From Cladosporium halotolerans (lineage: Eukaryota), in assembly GCF_011745625.1 (NCBI RefSeq), contig NW_027191463.1, forward strand, positions 124,001 to 188,000: DNA of 64,000 bases, read 5' to 3'. The notes under the pieces are model-generated. The model did no database searches and was not told the DNA's origin. It saw nothing but the letters and a program-made list of their open reading frames with translations. Of this stretch, positions 54,353-64,000 are shown one piece after another. The position numbers and the translations under genes are program-made. Position 1 is the stretch's first letter, and every line of letters starts with the position of its first letter.

Positions 54353-56240
54353 GGTGAGCGGCAGTCACGTGAGTAAGCTGACAGAGCAGCAAGGTGGACG
54401 CGGTGGGAGAGACGACGACAACGGTAAGAAGGACGGTGGGATGCCGGAGACATATCGTCTCAGCGCTCAGCTCTCAGCTCCCCAGGTCCACGAGCCAGCG
54501 ACCTGCAGAGCGACGGGGCAAGCGAGCGGCAACGGCGACAGCAAGGCGTCTGCCTTAGACGACGGTGCGGGAGGGTGCTGGGGTGGCATGGTAGTGGCAC
54601 GCACCTGTGGTCTTGCTTGCCGGACAGTGGTCAGCTCAGCCTCAGCCCTGTGGGAGGGCGGGCGAGATATTGGGCCGAAGGAATGGCTGAGGATGGGGGC
54701 CTGCGCGGCTAGCGTGCAGCAGGCCAATGTCACGTAGCGGCGAGGGCGAAGTGTGTCGCGGAATGAAGTGCCTTGGGCGAGCACGGCGGAGAGGCGGGTG
54801 TGAGGGCAGCGGTGGAGGAGACGGGGTGGGATGTGGCACGCGAGGCGGCGCAGGTGCTACGAGGTGGGTTGGGTGGTGAGGGCGATGCTGCTGCTGTTGT
54901 GGGCCGCGGCAATGGGTGTGGCAAGGCCGACAAGGGTTGTGCGGTGCGCATGCGACAGGCAGGTAGAGCAGCCTGAGGTAGGCACGGCAGACTCAGGCAG
55001 TGAGGCAGGAGCTTTGGTGGAGGAGCAACGTCCCTCGTCCCTCGTCTCTCGTCCCGCCCAGGCGCCCTGCACCATGCCCTGCACCAACGTTGCGCCGCCG
55101 CCCAAGCAGAGCCTGCCGGCTCGAGCGGGCAGCTCCTGAGGCTGCCGTGCTTGACAGGCGTCTACTACATTATCTCGCACCTGCACTACCGCCCGTCTCC
55201 CCACCGGCGTGGCTTACAGCATCTTCAGCACAGCAGCGCGTGGGCTGGCTGACCGGCCGGCGGACTGATGTGCCGCCGAACTCTACGCTGCGTGAGGGCA
55301 AACGGGCGCGCACCGAGGCTTGCCGGCCAGGGCATGTGAGGCCCGCGAGGCCCGCGAGGCACGCTACCCGGCTCATCTGGCTGCGAGCCTAAGGTACCTC
55401 ACCTCAACTGACTATCGCCAAAGTAGGCCTTGCGGCGAGTGATCGTTCGCCTTCCCGCTCCCGGGCCTTGACCCGGTGGGGCGTTCGGCGAGCATTGGGT
55501 GAAATTAATCCGCCCGCCTGCCAGCCTCGCCAGCCCATCACACGGCGATGCGGGCCCTGCGCCTGTCGAGCGCTCATTATTACCACTCTTGCGACTGCCA
55601 ATGCCCTCGATCATCTCCGCCGCCGGGCAGACTCCACGCCTGCTGTCCGCGCCCGTGGTTGAAGCTCCGCCCCGGTGTGCCCCCGGCGGTCTAGCCCCGC
55701 CCGGCCCATCGGCGCGTCGGCGGCCGCTGCTGCTTGTGCGCCGCTCCCACGCGCGCTCGCATGCCACCACGCCCGCCGCCACGGCCTTGCCCACTGCCCT
55801 CTGCCACCACACGCCAGCGCTGCTCTGCGCTGCTGCTGCCGCTCGCGGCCTCGCGCACCTCACCCGCGCCCTCCTCGCACACCGGTAAGGCCTCGCTACT
55901 TGCCTGCTCTATCTCTCACGTGTTTCATTCTCTCCCGGCCCCACCTTCAATCCCATCCACCCACAGCAATCGCATTTTCCCATACTGCCCATGCGCTTCT
56001 CACCTCCCACCATCCATCCCATCCCATCCCATACCTCCCCACCCCACGTTTCGCATGTCTGGCCCTGACCGCGCACACCATAGCCGGGCCTGTGGCACCT
56101 GAGTCTCCTTCAGCCGCATTGTAGGCGCTCCTCGCTTGCGCACCGCCGCGCCTTCGCCCACCACAGCTGAGAGCGGCCCTGGTCGGGGCCCTTGTCAGGC
56201 CGCTGTGGGCTGTATGCCGCCGATGCCCTAGTCGCCCACC

Positions 56241-58823
56241 ATGGCAGCACTCCAGGCCTCGCCGAACCAACCCACACAAACCATGACCGCCCGGACGAGC
56301 CTGAGGAGAGAGGGGTCCAGCGACGCCGCTGGGCCCAGCACCAGTGTCGCACATACCCTCACCGCGTGCACCAGATGTAGACAGGTATATTGCTATTGTC
56401 ATGTCCGCAAGACGAGAATGTAGGCTTACGCTTTCTAGCGTAAAACGAGATGCGATCCTACATTGCCCAAGTGCGGCCCCTGCGACCGCTCGAACTCTGC
56501 CTGCGAGTACTGGGACGCCAGCAAGGGTCGGGTTATGAACCGAAACTATGTCATCTACCTCCAACACAAGGTCCGCGAGTTGGAGGAGGAGCTGGAGCGA
56601 GAGGAGAGCGGAGAGTGCGCCGACGACCCGGAAGCCATGATGCGCGCCGCGACAGTACAAATGCACGACGCCCGGGAGTCAAAGTATCTGGGACCGTCCA
56701 GCGGGATCGCGACTACGAGGCTGGTGATGCAGTTGGCGAAGCAGTTTACCGACGCCAAGAGCATCAAGGAGATCGTACCGGATGCGCGCGCAAAGCAGAT
56801 CAACGAATTGTACAACCAAGAACAGGCGAAACCCACGTCCAAGGTCTACCCAATTACCAGTAATGTCGCGGCGCCCGACTTGCCCAACAGAAGTCTTACG
56901 GATGTCCTCCTCAGGCTTTACATACTCAAAGTCCAACCTATGTACCCAGCATTGCACGAGCCTACCCTTGAAGCGGACATCGAGGCCGTGTACAACGAAG
57001 GCATCGACGCCTCGCCTTACCAGAATTTTGTCACGCGCATGGTCATTTCAATCAGCCTGCAGAAGATGGATACACAATACGCCGGACTGGCAGACAGTTT
57101 CTACCTCGCAGCCTTACAATACTTGGAGCCCTGTGTGCGACCCATGGATCTTAGAACGCTTCAATGTTTCGCGCTAATGGCCGAATACTCATTACTCACA
57201 CCAACAAGGACAGCAATCTACTACGTGGTGGGAATCGCTGTTCGTCTGGCCCAAGCTTTGGGATTGCATGAGGAGAAGACAATCATACGTGGACCTCACG
57301 ACGGTCGCGCAGACCCTTTGGAAATCGACATGCGGAGACGATTGTTCTGGTGCATCATTGTCATGGAGTTTGGCCTATCGCACGCTCTCGGTCGCCCTTC
57401 GATTCTTGCCACAGATCAGGAACATTTCGATGTTGGATGGTTCGAGACTTGTGAAGATAAGTTCATCACCAGGAATGGAATCGATCCAGCTGCGAGACCG
57501 ACATTGAAGAAGTGGATTACGATACACTTCTTCAAGATGCGTCTGCTGCAGCTCGAGATCAGACGGAAATTGTACAGGGTTAAGCAACCGGATCCGAAGG
57601 ATGACAGCGACCCTTGGTTTCAACAGATGAACGCGAAACTGTCTGCTTGGAGAGATTCTTCTCCTGATCAAGATGAAGGTTCTGGGCTAGACAAGCGATG
57701 GTTCATTGTGCGATACAACACCATGCTGGCTTTCCTCTATCGCCCTTCGCCGCAAGTTCCACGGCCAACGCTACAAGCCGCACTCAAATGCTTTGAAGCC
57801 TGCGAGTTCAACATCTACATCCAGAGAGACCAGATCGCTAAGAAGAATGTGGACCTCACCTGGATCTTCACGCAGGCCATCTTCATGGCCATGAACACGA
57901 TGCTGTGGTCGTTGAGCTACGTCGAAGTACGGCGGAAGTACTCTCGTCAAACAGTCGAAGGCCACATGAACGTCGCGATGGACGCCATCCAGCTCGCTTC
58001 TGAACGGTGGCCCGGCGTGGCTTCCGCCGTGCAGCTGTACCAAAACCTCATCGGCGCGATCCTGAAGATCTACGAGAAGGATGGCGACATTCCCATATCC
58101 GCCGCAACTCCATCCGACGCCGCCTCGCCCGCCGTGCAATCACACGACGCAAGCCACAGCTCCGGCTCGAACGTCGCCAGCCCCGCGACCGTGGCTAGCA
58201 GTTCCGTCGCCACGCCTCCCGAGCGACAAGCGGCCCCTCCGTTCGGCTACATCAACCAGCAATCCCGACGCAGCATCGAGCAGCCCCCGCCAGTGCCCTA
58301 CCAAAGCAGCGCAACGCCTCCCATGAACAACCACACGCCCCCAATCCCGCAGCAATCCCAGCCCGGCGCAGACCAGTTCTTCGCCAACACCACCACCACC
58401 ACCAACAACGCCGCCGCCTTCAACCCCCCCGCCCCCACCAACGGCCTCCCCGCCTACGACCTCCCCGCCCAATGGAACCACCTCCCCCCCTTCGTCCCCG
58501 ACTACGCCTGGCCGCAAAACCCGCCCCAGGACCCCTACGACCAATACCAGCAGCAAAACCACCTCTACCCTCCCCTCCCCCACCAGCAGCAACAGAACCT
58601 CTACCCCACCTACCCCTACCCCGACGCTCAACCAAACGCAGACCAATACATGCAGCAGTTCTGGGACCTGGACGGCAACGCGTGGAACAACGGCCTCACG
58701 GAGGGCCAGCAGCAGGAGCTGATGCAGGCGCTCGAGACGGACGGCATGCAGGATATCAGGGGGATGATTTCGGAGGGGGAGGAGACGTTGAGGCGGATGG
58801 TTGGGGGGAAGACGGGTGGGTAG
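56241..58823 (+). CDS. Zn(II)2Cys6 transcription factor (Ppr1/UaY-superfamily-like)
   Basis: TACTRCRQ|RKTRCDPTLPKCGPCDRSNSACEY across intron 56385-56438; YLGPSSG, ALGLHEE and DMRRRLFW..ALGRPS; Pro/Gln-rich C-terminus. Confidence 0.92.
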
Positions 58824-59576
58824 GGATGGGAGAGGGAAGGGGGGGATTTGTTTTCTTTTTTTTTTCCCCCAGCGTTGGCGTTTTTTGGGCTCGCCAGGGT
58901 CCGGGGTTTCTTGGATTCCTGGAAGGTTTTTTCAATTCTTTCCGGACAGTTGATTCTGTTCCGATGGGAATCGGATGGGTGAAAAGGCGTGTGGAATGGG
59001 ATTGGGTTGGGTTGGGTTGCATGATTACCCCCGGAGCGAGGATTTAGGCTACCTACTAGGCTAAGGTATTACTCCGCCCTTTGCGAATGGTGGGTTGGAT
59101 AATGGATGGTGGGGTTTGGATGAGGAGCAAAGTTAGAGTTAGTAGGTTGTTGGATCGGAGCAGTGAGAGCGAATTCGATATCAGAGTTTTGATTGCTTCT
59201 CTTCTGCCTTCCCGCTCCTCATCTCATTCGATGTTCGGGGTAGTGGTCGGATGGCTGGGCGAGGGGATCTCGAATGTACGCTTTTTTGCTCTACCGCGTG
59301 AGGTGGAGAAGTACACCGAACAGTTGTGGAGCCCGGAGGCATGGTAATCACGAGTGGTGCGCACATATCATCGAGACAGGACGACGCTCACGTCTTCGTC
59401 GATCTTCCCGCTACAGCTTCTCCAAAACTCCCCAGTGTGAAACAAGGACAGGAACGCTTCTGCCGAATTTCCACACGATCTTCCAATATCTACAACCCGC
59501 CCACAAAGGGAGGGGAGACGTCTAACAAACACCCACCCATCTTTTCTTTCCACCCTTCCATCGTCTATCTACCCAC

Positions 59577-61737
59577 CTACGCCCTCTCCCTAGCAATCTC
59601 CACAACCCTCTCCGCCGCCTCCTCAAACCCATCAAACGCCTCCAGCCCCAGCCCGCTCTCCGCAATAATCCTCTGCCCCACCTCCTCATTCGTGCCCCTG
59701 ATCCGCACAACAACCGGCACGCCGCGCATATCCACCTCCTTGAACGCCAGCAGCACGCCCTCGGCGATCATCCCGCCATCCGTCAAACCCCCAAAGATGT
59801 TCACGAAAATCACCTTCACGCGCTCGTCGCGCAGGATGAGCTCGAAGGACTTCTTGACCGTCGCGGACGTCGCCTTGCCGCCCGTGTCGAGGAAGTTGGC
59901 CGCGCGCCCGCCGTGCAGGCGCAGCGCGTCGACGGTGTTCATCGCGAGCCCGGCGCCGTTGACGAGGGTGCCGATGTTGGCGGCCGGGGACGAGGGGTCG
60001 AGGCGGATGAGGACGATGCCGTCGCGCTCGGCTTCGACTTCGGAGGGGTCTTCGGTCGCGGGTCGCCGGAGCGCGACGAGGTCTTGTTGGCGGTTGGCGG
60101 ACTTGGGCGCGCTGTCGTCGAATTGGAGGTGCAGGGTCGGGGCGTGCAGGAGGAGGTTGCCCGCCGGGGTGATGGAGAAGGAGGCGCCGAGGGTGATCGC
60201 TTCTTTGTCGGTGTACATTTTTGAGAGGGCGAGGAGGAGCGCGGTGGTTTGGGCGTGGGCTGCTGGGGGCGCGGCGTCGAGTTGGGCGTGGGAGATTGCG
60301 GCGCTGAGGGTGGATTGGGAGGGGCCGGTTGTGTAGGGGTAGGGGAAGCGGTGGAGGCGGTGGAGGAATTGGGTTGGGTCGGTCGTGGGGGCTGTGGCGA
60401 GGGCGGGTTCGCGCGCGGTGCGGTCGACGGTTACGGAGAGGTAGAAGCCGGTTTTGGGCGCGGGGTCTTGCGTGATGGAGAGGCCTTCGATGGGGGAGAG
60501 GTAGGGCGCGAGGACGTCGGGGCCTTGGTCGGGTTTGAGGACGAGGGTGCGTTTTTGCTGGGCTGCTTCGCGGGCTCGTCGTTGGGTTTCTGCCAGTGGG
60601 CGGCGCGAGGATGTGTGGTATCCGCGTTTCTGGTTGGCGGCGTCTTGGATGATTTTGCTAGGGTCTCTGCCGGATTGGCTGAGCAGCGATTTCATGACCG
60701 GGCCGAACTTCTCGGGGTGGTCGACCATTGTCACACCAACGTCTTCCAGAATCTTGAGCTTGTCCGTGGCGCCCTTCTCGCCTCTGGACGTCCAGGCACC
60801 GGCGTGACCCATGATCCGTCCTGACGGTGCGTGGATGCCACCCAAGATCGCAGCGATGGGTTTCGGGTTCTTTACACGCTTCTTGTAGTCTTTGATCCAC
60901 TCCGCAGCATCGATTTCTGCACGGCCACCAAGCTCCCCGATGAGGATTATGCCTTCTGTCTCTGGGTCCGCTTCGAACACCTTGAGTGAATCTACCAGGT
61001 TGGTTCCGGCAACGATGTCTCCGCCCATGCCGATGCACAAGCTCTGACCGAGCCCTGCTCGTGTGACAGATGCGACAGCCTCGTATGAGAGAGTGCCTGA
61101 TTTTGCAGCAATACCGACATGTCCAGGAGCGAATGTAGGCAGTGGTTGGAATCCGATTCGGCAGTTGCCTATAGGTGCAATGATTCCAGGTGCGTTTGCG
61201 CCTACCAGACGAGATTTTGACTGAGTCTTGAGAATGCTCGATACCTGGACGAATCGCGGTCAATGTTTGCTACTTGTTGGTCTCAAAAGGTTCAAAACTC
61301 ACTCTCAGAATGTCATGTAAAGGAATGTGCTCCGCAACAGCAACGATCAACGGAATCTCCGCCTCAATAGCATCCTCAATGGCTTTGCCACAGTGAGGAG
61401 CAGCGACAAACACAGCAGTAGCATCGGGCTTGAGTTGCTCCTTGGCCTTTTTCAAGTCTGGCAAAAGTGGAAGACCCAGATGCTCGCCCTCTTTACCAGG
61501 CGTAACTCCGCCTACGATGTTGGTGCCATACTCTAAACTGTCTTTGGCGTTGCCGGTGGCGACGCGTCCAGTGAATCCCTGATATATGACACGGGTGTGC
61601 TTGCCGATGCGCAGGTTCTGTACGGTGTCCTCATACGATTGCAGGGCTCTGAACGAAGAGAAAGGTCGTGATGTTGTGCGAGTTGCGGTGATTCTCGTGG
61701 CGGCAGAGAATGCCTGACTGCGCCGTACCGTGGCCAT
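59577..61737 (-). CDS. Succinyl-CoA synthetase-like alpha-beta fusion protein with mitochondrial presequence
   Basis: Alpha part: IYQGFTG, IVGGVTPGK, SRLVGANAPG, AKSGTLSYE, GELGG and MGHAGA. Beta part: LVNGAGLAMNTVD, ANFLDTGG, VNIFGG and VVVRIRGTN. One intron at 61245-61302, otherwise a continuous frame. Confidence 0.9.
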
Positions 61738-62305
61738 GATGACTGGGTAATACAGGGGAAACAAGGAGACAGGAGGAGAAGGCGGTTCGACAATTCTATC
61801 GTCTAAGGATATTCTTGTGGTATTTGAATAAAGCTCGTGGACGTCGAGGAAGTATGTTTAGGTCCGGGAATAAGTTATGACGATCACCTCCGCCGACTTC
61901 GGGTCCTCGGGCTATTCCAGCCTGTGAGATGCTGGCCATTGGCCTCCATTAGCAATTCTGACCATGCAATTCCCGTAAAGACTAGTTATAATATCATTGA
62001 GGCGAAGGGAGAACATGTGCAGACGGCTTCGACGCACGGTGGACGCGATCATGCTGTGCTACTATAGCTCCCACGCGACACAACAATGACATCGGCCGGC
62101 GTGGAGTGAGGGCAGCCCCGGCAGGGATCTCCATCTGCCGCGGCTACCACCAAGCGGCGGCACGCGGCGCCTCCCTCTAGCGCACGGCCCCGCTCACTGG
62201 CTGGCTGGGACGCGCGAAAGCCCTCGCTGGCGATTCCGTCCTGTCTGTGCCATCGCGGAATGCGTGCGCCAACCAGACGTGAGCCCGCCAGACTCCCTCG
62301 CGACC

Positions 62306-64000
62306 ATGGACAACCACAGCATCGTCCAGATCGCCTCGCTCGCCAATAGCCAGGAGCACCAGCAGCACCACCAACAACACCCGCAGCACCAGCAGTCGCA
62401 TCCGCAGTATGCCGACAGTCCGGGCGACGCCCACGGCACCAAGAGGAAGGCCGAGGATGGCTCGCAAGGCCCTGGAGGGAAGTCACGGCGCTCGCGATAC
62501 ATCTCGCTAGCCTGCAATGAATGCAAGCGTCGCAAGATCAAGTGCAATGGCCAGACGCCGTGCCAGCGCTGTGGGAACCTGAACCTCGAGTGCGTCTATG
62601 CGCCGAACTGCTGCACTGGCTTCAAGGACTCGCAGGAGTACAAGGATATGGCGAATCACGTCGCGTCACTTCAAGAGCAGGTCAACATGCTGTATGACAA
62701 TCTGAACAATCTGCGTGGGAGCCTGGGCCAGCCAACACCTCCCGTCACCCAGCAGGTCCAACAACAGCCGCAACCTGCCCCACCGCCTCCCCAGTCGAAC
62801 ACGCCCATCGACCCGTCACTGCAGAACCATGCATTCGGCCTACCGCAAGCCGCGCCAGGTGCGCCAGTCCCGATGTCACCATCTCATGCCCGGCAACGCA
62901 GCTTCTCGCAGCAGCCTACATATCGCGGACCGACCAGCTCGGAATTTAGCTTTGGCGTCGCGAAGAATAGCCTTCAAACTATGGGTATCACGCCTCAGAG
63001 TATGGACGGGAATGGCGAGGTGGAAGCAGAGCCAACCCATAGGGCACCGCAAGAGACAACGACGCCGGCGGAGCGCAACAACCAATTGATCCAAGACACG
63101 CATGAGGAGAAAGATCCGATATACAGCGTCTCGAAAGATGAAGCGCTTCGGCTTTGCCGAGTGTATGCAGAGGAGGTTCATCTCATGTATCCAATTCTCA
63201 ACTTAGAGAAGGTCATCGCGCACACGGAGCGGCTGTATCAGTTCATCGAGGCGATCAGGCGCTCTGGCTTCATGCAGCAAGGCTTCCCTGGCGCAGACGC
63301 TATTTACGACGACGAGACGATCGTGCTGAAATTGATCATAGCAGTCACGTTGACGATGGAGGGATCAGGCGTCAGCGAGTTGGCTCGGAAGATTTTCGAA
63401 AGTCCTGGCGTGCAGGCGGCTGCTAAGAGTGCACTCAATGGGGATCCTCCTGTTTCTTTGAAGTCCGTGCGAATTCTAGCAATGATGGTAGGCTCCACTG
63501 ATTTCGCTTATTTCTCGGGACTGTCACTGACTTCAACAGGCAATGTATGAATTCCACCGCGACAATGAAGTCGCCTCGTGGCGCAACATTGGCAACGCAG
63601 CAAGACGATGTGTCGAGCTAGGTCTACACCGACATGAGACCTATGATGCGATGTCCGAGCCAAACGATCGAGTCGAGGCCAAGATGATGTTCTGGACTGT
63701 CTACATCCTCGACCGAAGATTCAGCTTTGGGACGGGCATGCCGTTTGCGTTGCAGGATACCGATGTCGATCCGTCAGTACCGAAACCCGACGACCGATCG
63801 AGCTACCTATCAGCGATGGCGCGATTCTGCGAGATCAGCAGCAGAGTCTGGCGTACTGTGTCTAAGACTCCAACAGCTGCAAACGACGGCAGTGGAAGCG
63901 TGAACGTTCCTGAGATGGCTTACCTCGATTACCAAGTCATCGACTGGCATCGCAGCATCCCGTCGTCCCTCAAATTTGAGCATCCTTCTCAGCCACCTTC
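62306..64000 (+). CDS. Zn(II)2Cys6 transcription factor; 3' end lies beyond the window
   Basis: ACNECKRRKIKCNGQTPCQRCGNLNLECVY; YRGPTSSEF and MYPIL. After intron 63488-63539: ELGLHR and FWTVYILDRRFSFGTGMP. Confidence 0.92.

Noticed and set aside
54353..56240. Many short Arg/Pro/Ala-rich ORFs between the two regulators
   Set aside because: Expected in very GC-rich intergenic/UTR DNA; no domain content.
59326..60824. + strand ORFs (336 aa, 191 aa) opposite the SCS fusion
   Set aside because: Antisense shadows of a clearly conserved minus-strand gene.

Overview
Gene-dense, GC-rich, intron-containing genomic DNA from a filamentous ascomycete. The short GT-AG introns with CTRAC branch points and the gene repertoire suggest a Dothideomycete-like fungus, but that assignment is inference. 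About 25 protein-coding genes and one intron-containing tRNA-Gly(TCC) are recognisable. In order: endopolyphosphatase (runs off the left edge), small membrane protein, amino-acid permease, secreted tyrosinase, secreted tannase/feruloyl esterase, a four-gene sucrose/alpha-glucoside cluster (GH32, MFS permease, GH13, Zn2Cys6 regulator), a divergent ferric/cupric reductase-Ctr pair, mitochondrial oxodicarboxylate carrier, NPR3, an unannotated 91-aa microprotein, PRP46, a COA2-like protein, a Myb-like protein, a GPI 5'-nucleotidase, a frameshifted GH93, a laccase, a Dal5-type MFS transporter, a head-to-head Zn2Cys6 pair, a fused succinyl-CoA synthetase alpha-beta gene and a final Zn2Cys6 factor (runs off the right edge). 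Two observations stand out. (1) The adjacent, otherwise unrelated tyrosinase and tannase share an N-terminal module: signal peptide, near-identical three-heptad coiled coil ending in QQ..C, then a long Tyr-punctuated Ser/Gly/Ala linker. This suggests a coiled-coil-assembled extracellular phenolic-processing complex. (2) The SCS fusion has a degenerate ATP-grasp domain and an internal mitochondrial presequence-like linker. All calls come from reading the sequence and motifs by eye; no searches were run.
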